Positions 27,677 to 36,220 of a stretch of 39,254 nt of DNA are shown here, piece by piece (position 1 is the stretch's first letter; each line of letters begins with the position of its first letter). The translations under genes were made by a program, and so were the position numbers. Under the pieces are notes generated by a model. It was given only the letters and a program-made list of their open reading frames with translations. It did not search any database and was not told where the DNA came from. This DNA comes from a virus, in the UHGV virus genome UHGV-0143367. One strand, written 5' to 3'.

Positions 27677-27867
27677 ATTCTTTGTTGATATGTCGCTGAT
27701 TGTCTGGGGCGAAATCTGCTGACTGGCAGATAAACCTGAACATATTTAAGACCTGGCTGAAACGACGCCGTTATTGATACCCGGCGTCCTGATGCTTTGT
27801 ACTTATTTGCCAGCTCCGTAGCTTCCTGTTCTGTCATTGGCCCCTGCATAAACAGATCCAATGCCAT
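27667..27867 (-). CDS. Hypothetical small protein
   Basis: 66-aa ORF between exonuclease and rdgC-like gene. Confidence 0.3.
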   Translation of the reverse strand: MALDLFMQGPMTEQEATELANKYKASGRRVSITASFQPGLKYVQVYLPVSRFRPRQSATYQQRIWK

Positions 27868-27869
27868 AT

Positions 27870-28808
27870 TTATTCCTGTGGCGTGAGGCTATTATCTTCC
27901 AGATCCACGCCGATAAACTCTTCCAGCCCGGACAGAATTTGATGTGTGTAGTTAGTCACGAGGTGCATTTCAGCAATCAAAGCCTGCGATAAGTCATCGC
28001 GTTCCATATCATCGTCGTAATCGAACGATTTTAAATGAACGTTGCCATTCGGCGGCATGACAAGGTTGAAGTTCGCTAAGTTTTCAATTTGACCATTATC
28101 AGGGCGTTTATAAAGAGACATCTCAACTGAACGGGCCGTCATTCCGGAAAGAATATTTCGTGCATCGTCAGTATCATTCGATACGCCATCAAGCGTGATT
28201 TTTAAAGACGTGTCTTCACCAGTGAATAACGTTTTCCCATACGGCGAAATAGCCAATATAGGTGGCAGCTTATAGATGCTATTTCCCTCAGTCATATTCT
28301 TAGTAACTGCTGTGGAAGTAAAATGTGAATTCCCCCATGGCATCGCATGCAGACTGCCCAGCGTGTTACGCAAAAATGACAGTGCATCCTCACACTTTGA
28401 TGCCGTTCCGCCAGAAACCAACAGAAGGCGGCGAGCTGGCCACATCAGGATGTAGATCGCGGTGTTACTGATTGGGGAGTACTTCATCACATCGCTCTCA
28501 GCCTGGAAGCGCATCTCTTCCATCAGCTCCGGAGTAACCTCCCGACCGTCTACGATTACTTCATCGGTACGTTCGTTAAGCAGACGCTGAACCGCCAGCT
28601 GGTCAGGGCGGCGCTTGCTAGCGAAATAACGGAAAAGATACTTACCATCAACAGTAAGCATGCGTTCATCGCCAATTCTGGCCCAGCCTTTACCCTCACG
28701 TTCACAATCAGACAGGCCATCAAACGCACGTTCGATGAGTAGTTCGTTGATGTTTTCGGGTACTGCTGTTTTGCTGATGTAAGGGAATACGCAACGGAAG
28801 TTTTTCAT
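27870..28808 (-). CDS. rdgC: RdgC-like recombination-associated protein
   Basis: Matches E. coli RdgC segments as recalled (ASKCEDALSFLRNTLGSL vs AKKAEDTLALLRKSLGSL); start set to internal MKNFRCVF. Confidence 0.65.
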   Translation of the reverse strand: MKNFRCVFPYISKTAVPENINELLIERAFDGLSDCEREGKGWARIGDERMLTVDGKYLFRYFASKRRPDQLAVQRLLNERTDEVIVDGREVTPELMEEMRFQAESDVMKYSPISNTAIYILMWPARRLLLVSGGTASKCEDALSFLRNTLGSLHAMPWGNSHFTSTAVTKNMTEGNSIYKLPPILAISPYGKTLFTGEDTSLKITLDGVSNDTDDARNILSGMTARSVEMSLYKRPDNGQIENLANFNLVMPPNGNVHLKSFDYDDDMERDDLSQALIAEMHLVTNYTHQILSGLEEFIGVDLEDNSLTPQE

Positions 28809-29044
28809 CTTATTTTCCTTTATAACGACGATTAGCATTGGCCCTGGCCTTATCCATGGCTTGCTGACGTTGGCTCTTTGTATTTGCCTTTGCTACTGGC
28901 TGCACGCTGGGTTCTGCCTGCCGTTTCGCTGGCGGGGAACGCAACCGCGCAATAAGTAGAAATAGCGATGAGTGAAATCACCAGAATCGTGATAAGTGCG
29001 ATTCGTCCCGAAAAGGTTATCTGCCATAATTACCTCATCCGATT

Positions 29045-29062
29045 TTGGGACCATGGTCCCAA
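29045..29062. repeat. SopB-box-like palindrome TTGGGACCATGGTCCCAA
   Basis: Perfect 18-bp palindrome, intergenic. Confidence 0.7.
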
Positions 29063-29066
29063 TGAG

Positions 29067-29369
29067 TTAAATATTCATCTTTTTTGCAAGACTTTCATTT
29101 TGTTGCTCTGTATAGCGCTTTAACCAAAGCTCCTGAATATGCTGGTCACCTGGTTTATTTGCGCCACACCACTCCGCAATAACGGCATTTCGACACCAGT
29201 CAGGATGTGTTCTGAATCCGCAAGATGGACAAAACATCAAATATTCATTGCGTAGCTCAGATCTAACTAATTTCGGTTTTACTGCGTGGTGATGCATTAC
29301 TTGTTTGCAAAGGCAGGAAGGAATTTCACCGCCTGTTGCTGATATGCTTCTTCCGTAATTGGTCGACAT
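29067..29369 (-). CDS. Small Cys/His-rich (zinc-ribbon-like) protein
   Basis: 100 aa with CLC...H, CPSCG, C...C clusters; function unknown. Confidence 0.4.
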   Translation of the reverse strand: MSTNYGRSISATGGEIPSCLCKQVMHHHAVKPKLVRSELRNEYLMFCPSCGFRTHPDWCRNAVIAEWCGANKPGDQHIQELWLKRYTEQQNESLAKKMNI

Positions 29370-29991
29370 GTATTAACGCCTCCCGATCCATTTGAACACC
29401 GCAGGCCAACATGACATCCCAGCGATTTTTATAATTCTTCCGCCATAGGTCATATTTCACACCACATAGCTGGCTCAATTCTTCCTGGCTGTATTTAAGC
29501 TCGCCGCGGTTAATGAAATTTTTTGATTCCTGTAGAGCCAACCAGGCAAGTGCTTTTAAGTTGCTTTCAGTCTTGCCGTTCATTTTTGGCGATTTGCTTT
29601 CAGCCAAGTTAATCAGCAGGGAATGCCAGATATGTGTTGTCAGTATTGTTTGATATTCAAATGAAATTGAATCGCCGTAGCAGTAATTCAACCAGGATTT
29701 ATACGGCTCAGGCATTTTCAATAACGCGCTACGCCATGACACCTGGCTAAAAATGGCTGGCGATACCGGGATCATGCTCGTATGGTAACGCTTGCCTTCT
29801 CTGTAGCTGATTGGCTCGGCATCAATGACAATGACAGTGTCGTTATCGATATCAATTTCACGCTGCGGCTTTGCAGTAAATCGGCTCTGCAGTGGCGCAC
29901 GTTCTGCCATCGCGATGATCTGATTGCGGTGCGATTTTGAGAACGACAAAAGCGCTGCAGTAAGCTCGTTGCGAACAAAATTAAACTGCAT
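29326..29991 (-). CDS. Hypothetical regulatory protein (candidate late antiterminator Q by position)
   Basis: 221-aa ORF downstream of cro in the immunity region; no motif confirmed. Confidence 0.35.
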   Translation of the reverse strand: MQFNFVRNELTAALLSFSKSHRNQIIAMAERAPLQSRFTAKPQREIDIDNDTVIVIDAEPISYREGKRYHTSMIPVSPAIFSQVSWRSALLKMPEPYKSWLNYCYGDSISFEYQTILTTHIWHSLLINLAESKSPKMNGKTESNLKALAWLALQESKNFINRGELKYSQEELSQLCGVKYDLWRKNYKNRWDVMLACGVQMDREALIHVDQLRKKHISNRR

Positions 29992-30634
29992 ATTTGCCCC
30001 CTGCTTGATGGCCTAGCGGGCTTAGCGCACTAAGTTCAACGTGGTCCGGTTTAATGCCGGTGGCCATTTCTATATTCAGGATTTCCCGATAGAGGTATGA
30101 CGACAACTCATACAGGCGGTTCTGCAGCTGCTTCAGCGCGTGCTGGTCATCACTGCCATCGTATACACCGTCCTGGGCTGGCGCTGAGTTGGCGAGAACG
30201 GCACCGAATTTCACAGTGATCTCGTCAATTTCAGCGTCGACAGAATCAACACGAATACGGTTGTACTTAGGCATGCGGACCCATTGCAGACCCTGCATTG
30301 CGGCCAGCTTTTGAGAGCACTTATTACGGTACTCTTCCGGAAGACATGACAACCACGTTAACACCCAGTCTGCAGGCATCGGCGTATCACCAGCCAGGAC
30401 GCGCTGTGCACGCTTAATGCAACGGCTACGCCAGCGCATGTAATCCGTGACATTGATGCCTTCAGACCCCATATCAACAAGTCCCTGGAGTTCCAGAGCC
30501 GGAATCAAGCGCATTGTAGAGAATTGTGCGACACTGCCGCCGGTTTCATCGAGCATCCGCAAGGTTGCCCGTATAACCACTGATGACATTGTGTCTCGCG
30601 ATGGACGTTTATTCTGCCCCATGGTCTGAGTCAT
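29981..30634 (-). CDS. Hypothetical early protein downstream of cro (candidate regulator)
   Basis: Start at ATG 30634 with AAGGA Shine-Dalgarno; overlaps cro 3' end. Confidence 0.4.
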   Translation of the reverse strand: MTQTMGQNKRPSRDTMSSVVIRATLRMLDETGGSVAQFSTMRLIPALELQGLVDMGSEGINVTDYMRWRSRCIKRAQRVLAGDTPMPADWVLTWLSCLPEEYRNKCSQKLAAMQGLQWVRMPKYNRIRVDSVDAEIDEITVKFGAVLANSAPAQDGVYDGSDDQHALKQLQNRLYELSSYLYREILNIEMATGIKPDHVELSALSPLGHQAGGKYAV

Positions 30635-30815
30635 CCTTTTCTTTATGCAGTGTGTAATCAGATTTGAGTCGGCCATTTGTCTTAACTTCCAGCTCGTACT
30701 GCCTAAGCATGGGGACATCCTCTCCCCATTTGTAGATCGCAACGCGAGTACAACCGAGCAGTTCGCAGAGTTTGTTTATGCCGCCGCAGGCGGCTATGGC
30801 GTCTTTTGTTTTCAT
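30609..30815 (-). CDS. cro: Cro-like HTH regulator
   Basis: 68 aa; HTH segment (AIAACGGINKLCELLGCTRVAIYKW); divergent from the repressor gene. Confidence 0.7.
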   Translation of the reverse strand: MKTKDAIAACGGINKLCELLGCTRVAIYKWGEDVPMLRQYELEVKTNGRLKSDYTLHKEKDDSDHGAE

Positions 30816-30930
30816 GAAATGATACTAACCAAGCTATACAAGTTTTGTAAAGTGTACTTGTCAAAATTTACATTAATATTCCCTTTAGCCTTGTATAGCT
30901 AGCTATACAGATTTGATTTAATATCTCTCT
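30816..30930. promoter_or_regulatory. Divergent cro/cB promoter-operator region with 18-bp perfect palindrome TGTATAGCTAGCTATACA (30892-30909) and half-site AGCTATACA (30832-30840)
   Basis: Minus-strand -35 TTGACA (30859-30864) with 17-bp spacer to TTGTAT (30836-30841); palindrome lies ~20 bp upstream of the apparently leaderless cB ATG. Confidence 0.5.
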
Positions 30931-31560
30931 ATGGAAAAACGTGGTGATTGGCTGAAGGCTCGCCGTGAAGAGCTGAAGAAGCGAAATAAATCAAAGTTCT
31001 CAGTGAGAGCTGTTGCCGAACGCATCGGTATTACCGGTGCTGGCCTCTCGCATCTCGAAAACAGCGATGCTATGCCCGCGTTAGATCTGGCTATCAAGCT
31101 GGCGCGAGAGCTGGGCCGTCCTGTTGAATGGATCTTAACCGGTGCTGGCGGGGATGTGTTCCGTGGAGTCCCTGTTATTGGTTCTACTGCTACCGGTCCC
31201 AATCTGGAAATGATAAACAGCGGTCTGGCTCAAAACTGCCGGGAATTCGTTGATATCAATGTACAGGATGCAGCCTTATACGGCCTGATGGTCGATAACG
31301 ACGTTGCAGCGCCGTATCATATCGGTGAAGTACTGATCGCAGACCCTAATCGCGAGCCGGTGACAGGGGAAGATGTGGTGGTAGTCACAAAATCTGGCAA
31401 TGATACGTTTATTAAGATGTTAGCGTCTAAACGTGATGGCAAAGTGTTTCTTGACGCGCCGAACGACAGATCTCAGCGCGTGATAATCGATCTTGACGAA
31501 ATTATTTTGATTCATCCCGTTATCTGCGTGGCTAAATCTATAGCAGTTAAGGCCAGATAG
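30931..31560 (+). CDS. cB: Prophage repressor CB (CI-like HTH-XRE with C-terminal S24/LexA-like domain)
   Basis: 209 aa; N-terminal HTH (FSVRAVAERIGITGAGLSHLEN), C-terminal beta-rich domain; divergent from cro. Confidence 0.75.
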   Translation: MEKRGDWLKARREELKKRNKSKFSVRAVAERIGITGAGLSHLENSDAMPALDLAIKLARELGRPVEWILTGAGGDVFRGVPVIGSTATGPNLEMINSGLAQNCREFVDINVQDAALYGLMVDNDVAAPYHIGEVLIADPNREPVTGEDVVVVTKSGNDTFIKMLASKRDGKVFLDAPNDRSQRVIIDLDEIILIHPVICVAKSIAVKAR

Positions 31561-31580
31561 TAAATTTTAGTAACCAAGGT

Positions 31581-31610
31581 TTGTCAAATGCACTTGTCAG
31601 AGGCTATTAT
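31581..31610 (+). promoter_or_regulatory. Sigma70-like promoter (TTGTCA-18 bp-TATTAT) directed toward repA
   Basis: -35 TTGTCA at 31581-31586, -10 TATTAT at 31605-31610. Confidence 0.4.
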
Positions 31611-31703
31611 GTGGCGTGATAGCAATGATGAGTAAGAACTTGCCCCAGAGGTATAGTGCCAAGTGAGCACTTTTTAACCACCTCTGGATTCAGACAAATA
31701 AAA

Positions 31704-31731
31704 AGCCCCGGATGTGGCGTCCAGGGCTTTT
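31704..31731 (+). terminator. Terminator-like hairpin in repA leader
   Basis: AGCCCCGGA ... TCCAGGGCT stem (one mismatch) followed by TTTT. Confidence 0.4.
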
Positions 31732-31841
31732 CGGTGAAACAGGTCTAGAGTCAGCTCTTGTCGAAATGTGATTGGCGTTCACTAACAAAGATGCTAATCA
31801 AGACACAAGTGTGGAGTTGATTGTAGTTCGTTTCACCTGCA

Positions 31842-31868
31842 CTGCGCAACTGCGCAGCGTCTTTTTTT
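31842..31868 (+). terminator. Terminator-like hairpin plus T7 run ending ~10 nt before the repA start codon
   Basis: CTGCGC-aact-GCGCAG stem followed by CGTCTTTTTTT, then GGTGA Shine-Dalgarno and ATG. Confidence 0.4.
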
Positions 31869-31878
31869 GGGTGAAATA

Positions 31879-34800
31879 ATGAATTTAACGGAATATTTTC
31901 AACACAAATTTAACTCTGACCCGTTTTCGCTGCTTGATGCAGCATCAAATGAACTGAGTGATCTCGCGAACGCTGCCGGTATCGACTGGCATAAATGCGC
32001 TGGAGATATTCAGCTTTCTGCCTCTCGCGGTTCCGCTGAAAAATTCACAAAGTATGCCCACCATGGTCCTGCCGTTACTGATCCAAAGCTGAAAGGCAAG
32101 GTTGAGATTTACTCCCGCATGGAGTGTTCTCAGGACGGTATCAAATACCCGTTCATCAACTTTGTCTGTAAAGGTGCTGACGCTGGCGTATGGAGTGGCT
32201 TCCAGTTCCTTATCTCTGAATACCGTCGATACAAAGAACAGAACGGTGGGACCGTGGTCCCACTGTCTGCGCGTGAACTGGAGCAGCGTAAACGTGCTGA
32301 GGCGCGCCGCCATGAACGTGAGCGCCAGCAGGCTATCTCTGTGTTTATGGAGTCGCAGCGCCGCGACGCTGACCTGAACGAATACCTGCAGTTCTCCGCC
32401 GCATTCGCCAAGGCACCGGCAGAAGATGGTTCATGGCCATATGCGGTGAAGAAAGGCATCAGCTCTGTTTTCTCATACTGTAACGTAAGACGCGTAACCC
32501 ATTGGGACCATGGTCCCAATTCTAAAGCGGTTAAAAAACAAACTGTTATGGCGATTCCGCTGTCGCATATTGATGACCGTCGGGAAGACCGTGAATCTCG
32601 CGTTGGGCCGATTGTTGGCTGGCAGCGAATCACCGAGAGAAACGACAAGCTGCAGACCCGCGCTGTAGATTCCGGTGACTTTGCCGGTTCGTGTCACATC
32701 ATCGGCCAGCTGCGCGGCGCAACCAGGATCTGTGTTGTTGAAGGGTTCGCGACTGGTGCCAGCGTGTTCGCTGTAGCGAAAAAACGCTTTGATGCTGTTG
32801 TTGTGGCTGTGTCAGCAAATAACGTTATCAAGGTTGTTGATCAGCTGGTCAGCCTGTACCCAGGCATGGAAATCTGGTGCGCACTGGATAACGACCAGAA
32901 ATCGGCGCGGAATGGAAAAGGCAATACCGGGTTAAGAGTCGGCATCGATGTGATGAAGAAATTCCCGCAGGTCCGCTGCACATTCCCGATTTTCGACAGC
33001 AGCGAAACCGAATTAAGCGACTTTAACGATCTCCACCAGGCGCGCGGCGCCACCGAAACCAACCGCCAGCTGTTTTCAAAACAGAACCGCCTGCAGCTGC
33101 CAGGCAATTCCTTTGATGCTGAAATGCTGTCTCTGGCCGTTGCGCCGGTTTCCGATCGCCGCGCGTTCTCGCGCCAGCTGGTACGCTGCATTGATGCCGG
33201 CATGATGCAATGCCCGTCCAAGTTATCCCCGCAGGAGCTGATCTCGCTGATAAAAATGAAGCTGGACCAGCTCGGCGCCGACAAAGCGCTGCACGGTACC
33301 GTGTATAACCGCGTTAAACGCGCCTTCAAACAGAAATGCGACAAGGCCCAGGCTTTCCGATCATTCAGCGAGCGCGTAACGAACCCGGCAATACGCCCCG
33401 ACCACATCACCTATAAGCGGTTTGAAACACCCCACATGACCAAGGAAGTGCTGGATTACATCAAAGCACTGAGCGGCCCGGTAATCGTCCGTGCCGGCAT
33501 GGGGTCGGGCAAATCCAAACACTTGCTGCGCCCTATGATGCACAGCGCGCAGCGCGGCGTTTCGGTGGCGCACCGCGTTTCGCTGATTGGTGGCCTCTGG
33601 GACATGATGACGCGTGCCGACGATGGCCGTCGCATGAATTGCGACATCCTGCACTACCAGGACCCCGGCTATCAGGAGCTGGCGCCGTATGCCAGCAAAC
33701 TGACAATTTGTATTAACTCTATCGTGAAGGGCTGCTGGCAGCCACTGATGCGCAAACACGATTTCTTTGGCCTGGATGAAGCCACCCAGGGCCTGCGCGC
33801 CACGCTTTCCGGTAAAGCGATGGCGCACCCGGTTGATGTATTCAACCGTCTTATCGACTCTATCGCGTACAGCGATGACCACGCGCTGCTGGTTGATGCA
33901 GACGCCAGCGATATCCTGGTAGACCTCTGCGAACTGGCGCTGGCCAAACGCGAACAAACAGGCCTGTCGACCTGGACACAGATCCACGTCATCGAGCTGC
34001 CGGTTGATGTGAAGTACAAAAAAGCCGATGGCACGCGCGAAGCGCGCCGCGTACTTTACACCGACACCGATCGCATCATGGTTGAAGTACTGAAAGCCGT
34101 GGCTGCCGGCGAAAAATTCCTGCTGGCCACTGACTCAACCAACTTTGCCGAACAGTTGCTACTGCAGCTGCGCGACCGCTGGCCAGAAAAGAAATGGCTT
34201 TACGTCAGCCAGGACACAAAGCCGGATCAGGAAGTTGTGGCGTTTACCGACGCGCCGAACCAGCGCGCTAAACTCTACGATGGCCTTATTTATAGCCCGG
34301 CTATCAGTTCTGGCGTATCGATCGAAGAACGGCACTTCACCCGCCATTTCGGCTGCTTCTGCGGCCAGGTAGTGCCGTCCGACGCCATTCAGATGCTGCG
34401 CCGCGACAGGACCGCCACCGAATTTATGGTCGGCCTGAACAAGCTGCCTGGCGTACGCGAAGAGAACGCCGACAACATCCGCCGTGGGTTCCTGCAGGCA
34501 CTGCTGGAAACTGCCGAGATAAACGAAGAATTTACCGACGCCATCCTGGATGGCGACCGCCTTTCCCTTGGTCTGGCGGACACCACCTATGTCCGCATGA
34601 AATTTAAAGTTGCCGCGATGGAGGCCCAGGCCAGAAACGATTTCGCCAACAACCTGATCTGCATTCTCTACGCCGATGGCTATAACGTCAGCCACTTGGC
34701 CGAAGACTCGCTGGCCAGCGAAACCGGCAAAGAACTGCGTAAGGCATCGAAAGAGCGGGTCTGGGATATGACCGTTCTGCGCCATATGGAAGTGGAAACC

Positions 34801-35868
34801 CCGGACGAAGACGAACGCGACGAACTGATGGGCAAGCGATCACTATCTGAAGATGAGCAGGCGCAACTGGCGCGCTGGGATATCGAAAAAGAGTTGATGC
34901 TGGATGTCAGCCCGGAATCTCTGAAATTCCTGCTCGATGGCGGGAAGAAGAAACTGACGCTGGCCGAACTGATGACGATGGATGAAATGACCGCCGCACG
35001 CATTGACCGTGAGCAGCAGGCTTTCACGTTCACCTACCAATTCCGCAAAGGGCCGCGTAACGAATTTGTAACGATCACCGCGCTCAACCGCGAAGCAGCT
35101 GATGCGCAGTTCGACCGCATGCAGCCAGGAATAACCGGCTACACCGTCCAAAGCCGCCCGGTGATGGAAGTAACCCAGCGTACGTACGCATCGCTGCACC
35201 GTAAGGCCGCCAGGGAGTATTTCTCCACCTGCGGTATTAACCCAGATACCGGCGCCGGTGAAGCCAGCCAGGAAGGTATGGCGGAAGCTATGGCCAAACT
35301 TATGGACCCAACCACCGCGGATCGTTTCAACAACGTCCTGCGGTTCGGTGGCTATATAAACCCTAAAGGCCGCCAGAAACGCCCCGAGACGGTTTTCAAA
35401 CAGATCTGTGAGGCATTCGGTTACGCGACTCAGAAACGCCGCCTACCGCGTTCACAGGGCCTCGGTTACGTGTGGTCAATCGTCCCCGAATCCTGGGAAT
35501 TCATTCACGGAATTCTGGCGCGTCGCGCCGAGGCATCACTGTCGTTTGTCCAGATGAAACTGGATGTGGGGGCACCGGAAGAACCGGATCTCGATTGCCG
35601 ATCAAATATAGATGTAAGATCCCAATCTGGATCTGCTGAGACGGCATTTATTGAGGCAACGCTGACGACGATTGAAGAGGCTATCGCTGCGATGCCGGTG
35701 CCATTTGCATGGCTGAGAACCGCACTGACGCCGGAAGAACTGGCACAACTCGCGACTATGCCGCCACGGTTGATACAGGCGACGGTTGCCGGGCTGTTTA
35801 TGGCTGACAATATGTGGCAACTATCAGATGGCCAATACAACGAACTGAAGCGGTTGCAGGCGGTTTAA
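31879..35868 (+). CDS. repA: Replication protein RepA (primase-helicase) of N15-type linear plasmid-prophage
   Basis: About 1329 aa from ATG 31879 (ORF track begins at upstream TTG); Walker A GMGSGKSK; size and position next to cB and telN as in N15. Confidence 0.85.
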   Translation: MNLTEYFQHKFNSDPFSLLDAASNELSDLANAAGIDWHKCAGDIQLSASRGSAEKFTKYAHHGPAVTDPKLKGKVEIYSRMECSQDGIKYPFINFVCKGADAGVWSGFQFLISEYRRYKEQNGGTVVPLSARELEQRKRAEARRHERERQQAISVFMESQRRDADLNEYLQFSAAFAKAPAEDGSWPYAVKKGISSVFSYCNVRRVTHWDHGPNSKAVKKQTVMAIPLSHIDDRREDRESRVGPIVGWQRITERNDKLQTRAVDSGDFAGSCHIIGQLRGATRICVVEGFATGASVFAVAKKRFDAVVVAVSANNVIKVVDQLVSLYPGMEIWCALDNDQKSARNGKGNTGLRVGIDVMKKFPQVRCTFPIFDSSETELSDFNDLHQARGATETNRQLFSKQNRLQLPGNSFDAEMLSLAVAPVSDRRAFSRQLVRCIDAGMMQCPSKLSPQELISLIKMKLDQLGADKALHGTVYNRVKRAFKQKCDKAQAFRSFSERVTNPAIRPDHITYKRFETPHMTKEVLDYIKALSGPVIVRAGMGSGKSKHLLRPMMHSAQRGVSVAHRVSLIGGLWDMMTRADDGRRMNCDILHYQDPGYQELAPYASKLTICINSIVKGCWQPLMRKHDFFGLDEATQGLRATLSGKAMAHPVDVFNRLIDSIAYSDDHALLVDADASDILVDLCELALAKREQTGLSTWTQIHVIELPVDVKYKKADGTREARRVLYTDTDRIMVEVLKAVAAGEKFLLATDSTNFAEQLLLQLRDRWPEKKWLYVSQDTKPDQEVVAFTDAPNQRAKLYDGLIYSPAISSGVSIEERHFTRHFGCFCGQVVPSDAIQMLRRDRTATEFMVGLNKLPGVREENADNIRRGFLQALLETAEINEEFTDAILDGDRLSLGLADTTYVRMKFKVAAMEAQARNDFANNLICILYADGYNVSHLAEDSLASETGKELRKASKERVWDMTVLRHMEVETPDEDERDELMGKRSLSEDEQAQLARWDIEKELMLDVSPESLKFLLDGGKKKLTLAELMTMDEMTAARIDREQQAFTFTYQFRKGPRNEFVTITALNREAADAQFDRMQPGITGYTVQSRPVMEVTQRTYASLHRKAAREYFSTCGINPDTGAGEASQEGMAEAMAKLMDPTTADRFNNVLRFGGYINPKGRQKRPETVFKQICEAFGYATQKRRLPRSQGLGYVWSIVPESWEFIHGILARRAEASLSFVQMKLDVGAPEEPDLDCRSNIDVRSQSGSAETAFIEATLTTIEEAIAAMPVPFAWLRTALTPEELAQLATMPPRLIQATVAGLFMADNMWQLSDGQYNELKRLQAV
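32247..32262. repeat. SopB-box-like inverted repeat TGGGACC-GT-GGTCCCA inside repA
   Basis: Direct match; encodes ...GGTVVP... in the RepA frame. Confidence 0.65.
32501..32520. repeat. SopB-box-like palindrome ATTGGGACCATGGTCCCAAT inside repA
   Basis: Perfect 20-bp palindrome; encodes ...HWDHGPN... in the RepA frame. Confidence 0.7.
35585..35640. other. Candidate replication-origin element inside the 3' end of repA: four GATC sites in 47 bp with inverted repeat AGATCC...GGATCT
   Basis: GATC at 35587, 35600, 35618, 35630; the N15 ori maps within the 3' part of repA (recalled, not verified here). Confidence 0.3.
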
Positions 35869-35878
35869 GGGGATATCT

Positions 35879-36220
35879 ATGTCGACTACTGATTTTTTGA
35901 AAACACTGGATCGTGTCCAGCTGCAGTTCTGCCGGAATAAGTGCGACGAAATGCTTCGTGCTATCCAGGAAGAACAAAAGAAGGTCGCCTGGGCGGTAAC
36001 TGATGGCTCGGTCAACTACGGCTGGTACCGAACTGAGGACTACCTTAAAGCTGTCGAATGCCTGGTACGCGAAGCTGAGAAGCGCTGGAACGAAGAGACT
36101 GAAGAAGACAAAGGCAACCCGCAAACTCGCGGCTGGCTGAACTTTTCTATTCAGGGCCAGCGCCTGCCGGCGTCCGAATACGAAGCGCTGTTTGCTGATG
36201 GCCAGTGGGGGTTAACGTGA
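35879..36220 (+). CDS. Hypothetical protein, first gene of operon downstream of repA
   Basis: 113 aa; strong Shine-Dalgarno (AAGGGGA) 10 nt after the repA stop. Confidence 0.45.
   Translation: MSTTDFLKTLDRVQLQFCRNKCDEMLRAIQEEQKKVAWAVTDGSVNYGWYRTEDYLKAVECLVREAEKRWNEETEEDKGNPQTRGWLNFSIQGQRLPASEYEALFADGQWGLT

Noticed and set aside
31194-31203. Half SopB-box (GGTCCCAAT) inside cB
   Set aside because: Only one arm present; the partner arm is not complementary, so it is not counted as a centromere-like site.
33361-34785. Several minus-strand ORFs (208, 120, 208 aa) inside repA
   Set aside because: Antisense to the 1329-aa RepA reading frame, which has a Walker A motif and strong synteny; the antisense ORFs have biased composition.
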